From assembly GCF_964213995.1 (NCBI RefSeq), contig NC_135811.1:77376001-77440000 (forward strand): 64,000 nucleotides of DNA, read 5' to 3'. Both the position numbers and the translations under genes were made by a program. The notes under the pieces were generated by a model. The model was not told where the DNA came from and did not search any database. It was given only the letters and a program-made list of their open reading frames with translations. This stretch comes from Mustelus asterias. Its lineage: Eukaryota. Positions 52,281 to 64,000 of the stretch are shown piece after piece. The stretch's first letter is position 1, and every line of letters begins with the position of its first letter.

Positions 52281-54129
52281 AGAATTTCTTTCGATATATT
52301 TATATGAAGACAAAGAACAGTAATTATTTATTTAAAGATTGTATAATTTTTATCGAAGGATTATATTGTTCAGTCAGCTGCACAAGCCGGTTTGGTTTAC
52401 CAGTGTGAGAATGGCCATTGTACAACATAATATCAGAATGAAATAATAATATACCTTTTTAATATTTAATTTATGAGTCTAATATTCATACCTGGATGCA
52501 CTGTGTGAACCTATTTCAAAACTAAAAATATTTGATGAATGCGAGAGGCTGCAAGATATATATTTATTTACAGCAGTTTTATATTGTAATAGACTGTATT
52601 TATTGGCATCAGATGTGTCCCAAATTACAGTTTCACAATAAATATTTTGAACTTTGAGTTTCATGATGTTGTCTTCGTTTCCACATTGATGTCGATGTCA
52701 GCTGGGTGTTTCTGTTCATCTTATGTGAGAGATTTCAATCACTGGGTTATGGAGTTTGGGCGGCCCAGTGCTTCCGAATTCATGTCCCTCGCCAAGACTC
52801 TATCTGTTCTGGATGATGTTTATGAGCGGATTCAAATGAATTACTTCCGCACTATTGTCCTAAAGTGTGTGCAGATACGAAATAAGACATCGAAATATGT
52901 GTCTCTTGTTAATAGCTGCAGAATAGAAACTGGTACATTTCGAGAAGTTGCATTTACTTCTTTGAGCACGGGATTAGCTGTGCTGTCCTCTGTCAGAACC
53001 GAAATGTATTCAATTGCTGTTCAAATGCACACCCACTGTCAATGAGCACCTGGTGATCTACTCAGGTTATAGACCATTAGTGTAAACAGCATCGGAGAAA
53101 CATACTCCATTCTCAATATTTAACCGTTTCTTAACCTGAACGCTTTGATGTTAAATATATTATCAGTTTTCCTCTTTGACTGTGCTGTGTTTGCAATTTT
53201 TGATTTCTTGAAATCATGTCTAAATGCAAACAAATATCTATCGAAAAGATTCCGACTGTTTGCAACTCAGATTTACATCAGGTCATTGTATTTTTTTTCA
53301 AGACTCAAACATTTTGGCTAAATATTACATGGTACAAAATGATTCAATTATTCGCAACACCGAAGTGAACGAAATGGAAATAAAACGGCCTTGTTATAGA
53401 GAAAAAGTAATAAAGTCCGGTCAAAGAATCCCTTCAATATATCGAGAAATACAACTATAATCAGAATGTATAATAGCTATTGACTGTGAAGCTTAGCTTT
53501 CCATTCAGGGTGGCACCACAACACAATCAGCAGATGTTCAGGGGTAAATGAATGGTTTGTTGGCGATCAGTCGCCCAGATGTGACCTTATTGTTTTCGGG
53601 GCAATGTGTCTCCTGATAGCGTAACGCTTCCATTTGGTAGGAAGGGGTTTCCACTGCGAATTCATCTCAAAGCTCTGTTTACACATTGTTGATCATCTCT
53701 TAGCAAGAAATTGCATTGTGCAAAGATTTTGCGACATTCATTGAAACGCTGACCATTAATGAGCACAAAGTGTACCTTTCCACTTATTGGTTAACAAGAC
53801 TGAAATACCTGTCATCTGCATTATTTCTCGAATTTCCCTCCAGTGCGAAGTTGCTTTGCGGCACTGTGTCTTTTTGGAGCACTTACAACTATGCATATCA
53901 TGAAAGCATTATCATCATGTAAAAAATTGTATACTATTTCATATACATATAGTGAAGAGAAAAAGCAGCGTTGCCCACATTATTGTCATTTCTCACCTTT
54001 TTTTGGCCATCGGGGATTTTCCAATGCATGTTGCATTTCACCCCATCATCGACACAACAATGTAGGATATGTTTCTGAAAGGCATTTGCCATATGAAGTT
54101 GAGAATGGTGGTCGATAGTTAAACAACCA

Positions 54130-55191
54130 ACGAGATACGGTTCTCCACAATCATCCCAATTACTCATCTCCAAACTCCGTGGCCTGGGCCTCAGCTCCTC
54201 CCTCTGCGACTGCATCCTGAACTTCCTTACTCACAATCAGTAAGGAAAGGCAATATCGCCTCCTCCACGACCATCCTCAACACCGGTGCCCCACGAGGCT
54301 GTGTTCTCAGCCCCCTACTATACTCCTTATACATCTATGACTGTGTGGCCAAATTCGCCTCCAATTCGATTTCCAAGTTTGCTGATGACGCCATGGTAGT
54401 GGGTCGGACCGCAAACAATGATGAGATGGAGTACCGAAACGAGATAGACAATCTGGTGAACTGGTGTGACAACAATAATCTCTCACTCAATGTCAACGAA
54501 ACAATCGGGATAGTCATCGACTTCAGGAAATGTAGTGGAAGACATGCCCCTGTTTACATCAATGGGGATGAACTAGAAATGGTTGAGAGCTTCACGTTTT
54601 TAGGTGTCCAGACCACCAACAACCTGCTGACACTACAGATAAGAAAGCCCACCAATGCCTCTACCTTCTAGAAAAGACTAAGGAAATTTGGTATGTCCAC
54701 TACAACTCTCACCAACCTTTACAAATGCACCCGAGAAAGCATTCTTTCTGGTTGTATCACAGCTTGGTATGGCTCCTGCTCTATCCAAGATTGCAGGAAA
54801 TTACAAAGTCTCCTGAACGAATGCCAGTCCATCACTCAAACCAGCCTCCCATCCATTGACACTGTCTACACATCCCGCAGCCCCGGAAAAGCAGCCAGCA
54901 TAATTAAGGACCCCACACATGCCAGAAATACGCTCTTCTACCTTGTTCTGTCGGGAAAAGATACAAAAATCTGAGGACACGTAACAACGAACTCAAGAAC
55001 ATTTCCCTGCTACCATCAGACTTTTGAATGGACCTACCTCACATTAAGTTGATCATTCTCTACACCCTAGCTATGACTGTAACACTCTCTCCTTTCCTTA
55101 TGTATGAACGGTATGCTTTGTCTATATAGCGAGCAAGAAACAATATTTTTCACGGTATACCAATACACGTGACAATAAATCAAATCAAAAT
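54130..55191 (+). mobile_element. Rex1/Babar-like fragment (duplicated with unit)
   Basis: Near-identical to 39385-40447. Confidence 0.8.
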
Positions 55192-56999
55192 CACCGGTAC
55201 AGCAGGCATGGCAGTGCGAAATAGAGGGTTGCAATTGTTGCCACTTTCAGCCAGAAATGCCAAGTAATGAGGTGTTTTGCCTCCGCCGGCTTCAGCTGGA
55301 CTTGCCGATCGCATCTCTCAAAACTCTATCCTGGTTTGGAACGCATTCCGGCCCTGTTCCTATACTTCTCTCAATATCTAAGCAGCTGCAAGTTTGGAAG
55401 TGACATTCGTTCTTCACTATTTGATGGCGAGGAAAAAAAGACAGGAAGTATAAGGAAAAGTTAACATTCACCCCAGTAGACCCTGCCGGAGGGGTGGAGA
55501 GGGTAAAGGAGAATGAGGCAGGAGACCCAAGAGTTACTGTGTCACCGTGACCTGAAATGTCTCACAATGATTCAGACAGCGCATTGATCCGTTCGTCATT
55601 TAACTTGTTCTAAATGCTCTATTAGGCTAGAGCGAGAAGTTAATCTTCAAGCATCGCGTCTTTATATTAACATTGCTGTCTCTACAAAGAAGCAGGTCTC
55701 AATTGATTAAGTTCATGAGTAGGTGAGCCAATCATGTCATGAATGTTTCCAGAATCAATTCCGATAAGGTTATTGCCCTTGGCTGTGATTGTGGCAGAGG
55801 GGTTATAATGGGCCGTGAAGTAAAGCAGAGTAAATTAGTCCGTATTGTATACAGTTTCTGCTCATTATCCATTGATGCATTTTTGCAGTCGATCTGCGTG
55901 TGCTGTGAGGATAGTTCAGGACCAACAACCTCCTGCTGACGAACCAGTCAAGCGCATTCACAATGGCCTCTTTGTGAAATCACAGTCTGCGCAGTGAGCT
56001 CCACCATGAATGAATGTCTGTTGGGGAGGAATGAGGGGGGCAGACTTTAAGGGGAGATGGGAACAAACTCAACAGACAGTCTCCTATTGGCAGGCCCATT
56101 GGTTTTCAGTGGAAGTCAAATTCCATCACTCCATCGAGTTGGTGAGTGAATACTTAATTACACAGTCAGGACATTACAACCATGTCCTTTATGGAAGGAA
56201 ATCTGCCATTCTTACTTGGTCTGGCCCACATGTGACTCCAGATCCACAGCAATGTGGTTGACTCTCAACTGCTCTCGGGCAACTAAGGATGGGCAACAAA
56301 CGGTGGCCAGCCAGCGATGCCCATGTCCCACGAATGAACAATACAAAATCACTGAGTTTAAATAAACATCCAGGATTTTTAGTGCAGCTTCCATAAAGGC
56401 ATTGAATCAATTCACTTCGCACCTTCCCCGCCACATCAAACCCATCAGTTTTCTCTGTTAGAACCCAGCCTAATATTTTAACCCCCAATCCAATTCCGGA
56501 CAGTTTACACTGACTGTGAGCGTAGCAGTTGCCGGGATAAGGTGGTTCCGCATTTTAGAATCTTAAAACATATGCAATGATTTTTTTAACGGATTGCTTA
56601 TCTGAGTCTGGCCAACAAAGGGCAACAGAGGTAAAAGTTTGGGTAGCACCTGTCCGATTTTTAATATCAAAGAGTATCTTTGCATCCTAATTTATTGGAG
56701 AGAAATTTCATTCTTAATTAAGCAGAAAGTGAAAAAGGTTTCAAATGAAGAAGTCGTTTCTGGAAACAAGTTAAAAGATTCCCTGAAAGCACACGACGGT
56801 TAGAAGCAAAATCGATTCGTTTTTGTAACGTCAAAGGAATATCCTGGTTCACACCTTCAAATGGACACAATGGATGAATATTCCTTTCAATCCAACAGCG
56901 AAGGAGTTCAGCTGGTGTTAATATTGTGTTCGGCACTGAACCCCGATCCAGTCACTTTCTGCGATTTCTGATCGCTGCTTTACCCTGTGTTGTTTCAAC

Positions 57000-58826
57000 A
57001 TGTTTGTTCCGAGTGTTTGCGGGCTGTGGATTTTGTTAATCTGTTTGCCCGGGATCCTGAGCCAGGATTGCCAGAGGCTGCAGTTACAGCAAGTCCTTAA
57101 CAAGAATGCTCAAAGGTCCCTGAGGGACATGGTGAGTTTATGCAGAGGTCCGCGGATTCGAGTAACCAATCTTAACTCGCAGGTTCTCGGGATAATCTCC
57201 TGTCGAGGAATTGCTGAGATTAAATCTGGTCTCTTCCAAAAACGTAGAACATCTCCTTGATGGAATGCACATTGAACTATTAAAATATAGAAGGAAGTGT
57301 GTGGAAATGTGAAACACTTTTTACTGAGAGTGATTTGTTTGGATGGTCAGTAAAATATGTGAGAGATAAAATGTTTCAATAAGTTGTTGAATGACCGTGC
57401 TGGTTTTGGGGGCAAGTTTCTGAGAGTAAGGACCGCTTGTGAAGTGTGAGCTTGGAGCCAGTTCTGACATCATTCTGTCCTGTTGCAGGGAGGTCCCTTC
57501 CCATTCCAGTGTACAACAACGAGAGAATCACTGAAAACCAAATCCCTGGACCTGCACCAGCTCATCAAGAGGTTACAGGTGAGTGTGCAATTTGTAACCT
57601 GTCTGATCATTCGGTTAATGCTGCCAGGTGTAATAGATATGTGGGGAATGTGTACACATCCCCAACAGTAGGAACAATGTAAATGATTTTTAAAGGCAAA
57701 GGCTTTAATTTGTTGATTCTCGTAAGACTGAAAATTTAATGTTGAGTCATTTGGAAACTGATAGACATTCTGCGGAATAGTTTGACCTTCTTCTCTCCAT
57801 TTACCCCAAAATGCTGTCAGTACCAGATTTGCTCGCCAAAAGAGGAAAATACCAGTAACCAGTTTGATAATGATCAAAACCGTCATCAGAAAAGACGGTG
57901 TTGACTTTTGAAATTCGTGATTCTTACACTTTTACTGCGTAAACGTGGAATCAGAGAGATGTACAGCACGATAACAGGGCTTTCGGCCCAAATCGTCCAT
58001 TCCGACCAGGTTTCCTAAAGTGACCTGGCCCCATTTGCCTGTGTTTGGCCCATATCCCTCGGAACCTTTCCTATGCATGTACCTGTCCAAATGACTTTCA
58101 AATGTTGTAATAAATCCTGCTTCTGCCACTTCCTCTCATTCCATATATGCACCATCCTCTGTGTGAAAAAGTTGCCCCTCAGGTAGCTTTTAAATCATTC
58201 CCCTCTCCCTTAAATCTATGCCCTCTAGTTTTGGACTCCTGTACACTTCTCTACTCAATCTGCCATTTCTTGGACCAATGACCCAGTTGATCAAGATCAC
58301 GTTGTCGTCTTAAATAACCTCCTATTTAAATAATCAGCTAAAGGAGAAATGTCCTCAATAATGTCGTTGTGTATATTTTGTCCAGACTCAGGACAGGATC
58401 CGGATTGTCCACCAAACCCTGCGCCGCATCAACAAGATCTATAGCATGAATCTGGGCTCAGTCACATGGGCCCGGGACAAGGTGGAACATTTCCGGCTGC
58501 TCCTGGATCGGCAGCTCAGTGAGCTGGAAGAATGTGTCAGGAACCCGGGATCCAGGCTGAGGAGAAACTCCACCATTCACAATTACTTTAGGAAACTGGA
58601 AAAGTTTCTCAAACAGCAGGTGGGACAATGGATAATTGACTGTGTGATTACCGGCATGTCGTTTCTTTCACTCCATTGAAATCTGTTCATTCTCTAATCC
58701 ATGTCCCTCAATGTTTCCATTTCTCAGGGATTCAGTGAGTGTGCCTGGGAAATAATCCGCGCTGAGACCAGAGGCCGATTACAACAGCTCCTTCTCATAA
58801 CGGCACAAATCAGCAGAAGCAATTAA
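57000..58826 (+). CDS. Type I interferon, array copy 7 (subtype B), 184 aa
   Basis: Exons 57000-57131, 57489-57578, 58386-58619, 58728-58826; protein appears identical to copy 5. Confidence 0.95.
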
Positions 58827-60679
58827 AGAATTTATTTCGATATATTTATATGAAGACAAAGAACAGTAATTATTTATTTAAAGATTGTATAATTTTTATC
58901 GAAGTATTATATTGTTCAGTCAGCTGCGCAAGCCGGTTTGGTTTACCAGTGTGAGAATGGCCATTGTACAACATAATATCAGAATGAAATAATAATATAC
59001 CTTTTTAATATTTAATTTATGAGTCTAATATTCATACCTGGATGCACTGTGTGAACCTATTTCAAAACTAAAAATATTTGATGAATGCGAGAGGCTGCAA
59101 GATATATATTTATTTACAGCAGTTTTATATTGTAATAGACTGTATTTATTGGCATCAGATGTGTCCCAAATTACAGTTTCACAATAAATATTTTGAACTT
59201 TGAGTTTCATGATGTTGTCTTCGTTTCCACATTGATGTCGATGTCAGCTGGGTGTTTCTGTTCATCTTATGTGAGAGATTTCAATCACTGGGTTATGGAG
59301 TTTGGGCGGCCCAGTGCTTCCGAATTCATGTCCCTCGCCAAGACTCTATCTGTTCTGGATGATGTTTATGAGCGGATTCAAATGAATTACTTCCGCACTA
59401 TTGTCCTAAAGAGTGTGCAGATACGAACTAAGACATCGAAATATGTGTCTCTTGTTAATAGCTGCAGAATAGAAACTTGTACATTTCGAGAAGTTGCATT
59501 TACTTTCTTTGAGCACGGGATTAGCTGTGCTATCCTCTGTCAGAACCGGAATGTATTCAATTGCTGTTCAAATGCACACCCACTGTCAATGAGCACCTGG
59601 TGATCTACTCAGGTTATAGACCATTAGTGTAAACAGCATCGGAGAAACATACTCCATTCTCAATATTTAACCGTTCCTTAACCTGAATGCTTTGATGTTA
59701 AATATATTATCAGTTTTCCTCTTTGACTGTGCTGTGTTGGCAATTTTTGATTTCTTGAAATCATGTATAAATGCAAACAAATATCTATCGAAAAGATTCC
59801 GACTGTTTGCAACTCAGATTTACATCAGGTCATGGTATTTTTTTTCAAGAATCAAACATTTTGGCTAAATATTACATGGTACAAAATGATTCAATTATTC
59901 ACAACACCGAAGTGAACGAAATGGAAATGAACCGGCATTGTTATAGAGAAAAAGTAATAAAGTCCGCTCAAAGAATCCCCTCAATATATCGAGAAATACA
60001 ACTATAATCAGAATGTATAATAGCTATTGACTGTGAAGCCTAGCTTTCCATTCAGGGTGGCACCACAACACAATCAGCAGATGTTCAGGGGGAAATAAAT
60101 GGTTTGTTGGCGATCAGTCGTCCAGATGTGACCTTATTGTTTTCGGGGCAATGTTTCTCCTGATAACGTAACGCTTCCATTTGGTAGGAAGGGGTTTCCA
60201 CTGGGAATTCATCTCAATGCCCTGTTTACACATTGATGATCATCTCTTAGCAAGAAATTGCATAGTGCAAAGATTTTGCGATATCCAATGAAACAGCGTC
60301 CATTAATGAGCACAAAGTGTACCTTTCCACTTACTGGTTAACAAGAATGAAAGTGCACACCGTCATCTGCATTATTTCTCGAATTTCCCTCCAGTGCGAA
60401 GTTGCTTTGCGGCACTGTGTCTTTTTGGAGCACTTACAACTATGCATATCATGAAAGCATTATCATTTTGTAAAAAATTGTATACTATTTCATATACATA
60501 TAGCGAAGAGAAAAATCAGCGTTGCCCACATTATTGTAATTTCTCACCTTTTATTGGCCATCGGGGATTTTCCAATGCATGTTGCATTTTACCCCATCAT
60601 CGACACAACAATGTAGGATATGGTTCTGAAAGGCATTTGCCATATGAAGTTGAGAATGGTGGTCGATAGTCAAACAACC

Positions 60680-61742
60680 AACGAGATACGGTTCTCCACA
60701 ATCATCCCAATTACTCATCTCCAAACTCCGTGGCCTGGGCCTCAGCTCCTCCCTCTGCGACTGTATCCTGAACATCCTTACTCACAATCAGTAAGGAAAG
60801 GCAATATCGCCTCCTCCACGACCATCCTCAACACCGGTGCCCCACGAGGCTGTGTTCTCAGCCCCCTACTATACCTGTTATACATCTATGACTGTGTGGC
60901 CAAATTCGCCTCCAACTCGATTTTCAAGTTTGCTGATGACGCCATGGTAGTGGATCGGACCTCAAACAATGATGAGATGGAGTGCCGAAAGTAGACAGAG
61001 AATCTGGTGAGCTGGTGTGACAACAATAATCTCTCACTCAATGTCAACAAAACAATCGGGATAGTCATCGACTTCAGGAAATGTAGTGGAAGACATGCCC
61101 CTGTTTCCATCAATGGGGATGAACTAGAAATGGTTGAGAGCTTCACGTTTTTAGGTGTCCAGACCACCAACAACCTGCTGACACTATAGTTAAGATAGCC
61201 CACCAATGCCTCTGCCTTCTAGAAAAGACTAAGGAAATTTGGTATGTCCACTACAACTCTCACCAACCTTTACAGATGCACCCGAGAAAGCATTCTTTCT
61301 GGTTGTATCACAGCCTTGTATGGCTGCTGCTCTATCCAAGATTGCAGGAAATTACAAAGTCTTCTGAACGAATGCCAGTCCATCACTCAAACAAGCCTCC
61401 CATCCATTGACACTGTCTACACATCCCGCAGCCCCGGAAAAGTAGCCAGCATAATTAAGGAACCCACACATGCCAGAAATACGCTCTTCTACCTTGTTCT
61501 GTCGGGAAAAGATACAAAAATCTGAGGACACGTACCAACAAACTCAAGAACATTTCCCTGCTACCATCAGATTTTTGAATGGACCTACCTCACATTAAGT
61601 TGATCATTCTCTACACCCTAGCTATGACTGTAACACTCTCTCCTTTCCTTATGTATGAACGGTATGCTTTGTCTATATAGCGAGCAAGAAACAATATTTT
61701 TCACGGTATACCAATACACGTGACAATAAATCAAATCAAAAT
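60680..61742 (+). mobile_element. Rex1/Babar-like fragment (duplicated with unit)
   Basis: Near-identical to 45935-46998. Confidence 0.8.
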
Positions 61743-63551
61743 CACCGGTACAGCAGGCATGGCAGTGCGAAATAGAGGGTTGCAATTGTTGCCACTTTCA
61801 GCCAGAAATGCCAAGTAATGAGGTGTTTTGCCTCCGCCGGCTTCAGCTGGACTTGCCGATCGCATCTCTCAAAACTCTATCCTGGTTTGGAACGCATTCC
61901 GGCCCTGTTCCTATACTTCTCTCAATATCTAAGCAGCTGCAAGTTTGGAAGTGACATTCGTTCCTCACTATTTGATGGCGAGGAAAAAAAGACAGGAAGT
62001 ATAAGGAAAAGTTAACATTCACCCCAATAGACTCTGCCGGAGGGGTGGAGAGGGTAAAGGAGAATGAGGCAGGAGACCCAAGAGTTACTGTGTCACCGTG
62101 ACCTGAAATGTCTCACAATGATTCAGACAGCGCATTGATCCGTTCGTCATTTAACTTGTTCTAAATGCTCTATTAGGCTAGAGCGAGAAGTTAATCTTCA
62201 AGCATCGCGTCTTTATATTAACATTGGTGTCTCTACAAAGAAGCAGGTCTCAATTGATTCAGTTCAAGAGTAGGTGAGCCAATCATGTCATGAATGTTTC
62301 CAGAATCAATTCCGATAAGGTTATTGCCCTTGGCTGTGATTGTGGCAGAGGGGTTATAATGGGCCGCGAGGTAAAGCAGGGTAAATTAGTCCGTATTGTA
62401 TACAGTTTCTGCTCATTATCCATTGATGCATTTTTGCAGTCTATCTGTGTGTGCTGTGAGGATAGTTCAGGACCAACAACCTCCTGCTGACTAACCAGTC
62501 AAGCGCATTCACAATGGCCTCTTTGTGTAATAACAGTCTGCGCAGTGAGCTCCACCATGAATGAATGCCTGTTGGGGAGGAATGAGGGGGGCAGACTTGA
62601 AGGGGAGATGGGAAGAAACTCAACAGCCAGTCTGCTATTCGCAGGCCCATTGGTTTTCAGTGGAAGTCAAATTCCATCATTCCATCGAGTAGTTTAGTGA
62701 ATACTTAATTACACAGTCAGGACATTACAACCATGTCCTTTATGGAAGGAAATCTGCCATTCTTACTTGGTCTGGCCGACATGTGACTCCAGATCCACAG
62801 CAATGTGGTTGACTCTCAACTGCTCTCGGGCAACTAAGGATGGGCAACAAACGGTGGCCAGCCAGCGATGCCCATGTCCCACGAATGAATAAAACAAAAT
62901 CACTGAATTTAAATAAACATCCAGGGTTTTTAGTGCAGCTTCCATAAAGGCATTGAATCAATTCACTCCGCACCTTCCCCGCCACATCAAACCCATCATT
63001 CTTCTCCGTTAGAACCAAGTCTAATATTTTAACCCCCAATCAAATTCCGATTAGATTACACTGACTGTGAGCGGAGCAGTTGCCGAGATAAGGTGGTTCC
63101 GCATTTTAGAATCTTAAAACATATGAAATGATTTTTTTTAACGGATTGCTTATCGAAGTCTGGCCAACAAAGGGCAACAGAGGTAAAAGTTTAGGTAGCA
63201 CCTGTCCGATTTTTAATATCAAAGAGTATCTTTGCATCCTAATTTATTGGGGAGAAATTTCATTCTTAATTAAGCAGAAAGTGAAAATGGTTTCAAATGA
63301 AGAAGTCGTTTCTGGAAACAAGTTAAAAGATTCCCTGAAAACACACCGCGGTTAGAAGCAAAATCGATTCGTTTTTGTAACGTCAAAGGAATATCCTGGT
63401 TCACACCTTCAAATGGACACAATGGATGAATATTCCTTGTAATCCAACAGCGAAGGAGTTCAGCTGGTGTTAATATTGTGTTCGGCACTGAACCCCGATC
63501 CAGTCACTTTCTGTGATTTCTGATCGCTGCTTTACCCTGTGTTGTTTCAAC

Positions 63552-63683
63552 ATGTTTGTTCCGAGTGTTTGCGGGCTGTGGATTTTGTTAATCTGCCTGC
63601 CCGGGATCCTGAGCCAGGACTGCCAGAGGCTGCAGTTACAGCAAGTCCTTAACAAGAATGCTCAAAGGTCCCTGAGGGACATG
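63552..63683 (+). CDS. Type I interferon, array copy 8, exon 1 only (gene runs off the window)
   Basis: Same 44-aa exon 1 with GTGAGT donor; intron 1 continues to 64000. Confidence 0.9.
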
Positions 63684-64000
63684 GTGAGTTTATGCAGAGG
63701 TCCGCGGATTCGAGTAACCAATCTTAACTCGCAGGTTCTCGGGTTAATCTCCTGTCGAGGAATTGCTGAGATTAAATCTGGTCTCTTCCAAAAACGTAGA
63801 ACATCTCCTTGATGGAATGCACATTGAACTATTAAAATATAGAAGGAAGTGTGTGGAAATGTGAAACACTTTTTACTAAGAGTGATTTGTTTGGATGGTC
63901 AGTAAAATATGTGAGAGATAAAATGTTTCAATAAGTTGTTGAATGACCGTGCTGGTTTTGGGGGCAAGTTTCTGAGAGTAAGGACCGCTTGTGAAGTGTG

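Larger units (their letters stand above)
13430..64000 (+). repeat. Tandem segmental array of IFN-containing units
   Basis: ATG-to-ATG spacings 6705, 6548, 8562, 6475, 8196, 6548 and 6552 bp; flanking ORF fragments recur with these offsets. Confidence 0.97.

Noticed and set aside
46900-61800. Later units being purely an assembly duplication of earlier ones
   Set aside because: Small differences exist (e.g. ctcaagccaaaa at ~20288 vs ctcaagtctggccaaaa at ~50062; gattcccact vs gattccgact) and best-match partners switch along the array. Read-level confirmation is still needed.
13430-64000. CRISPR-like or prokaryotic defence system
   Set aside because: Repeats are kb-scale segmental duplicates in spliceosomal-intron-containing vertebrate DNA; there is no short repeat-spacer pattern.

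Overview
Eukaryotic, repeat-rich vertebrate genomic DNA. The HE1/V-SINE-like and CR1-like repeat complement points to a cartilaginous fish (inference). The window holds an intron-containing type I interferon locus that the ORF track only shows in fragments. One divergent 4-exon IFN gene lies on the minus strand (7154->4502, 176 aa, CAWK motif). It sits head-to-head with a recently amplified plus-strand tandem array of near-identical 4-exon IFN genes (184 aa, CAWE motif): seven complete copies plus exon 1 of an eighth at the window edge. The array is built from ~6.5-8.6 kb units. Two subtypes (A = C52-M-A, B = C52-T-T) alternate to give a ~14.7-15.1 kb higher-order repeat. CR1, Rex1/Babar-like and Tx1-like retroelement remnants were carried along and mark the duplication history. 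The first 13 kb are otherwise CR1 LINE fragments and SINEs. All exon coordinates were read by hand from GT-AG boundaries; no database search was run.
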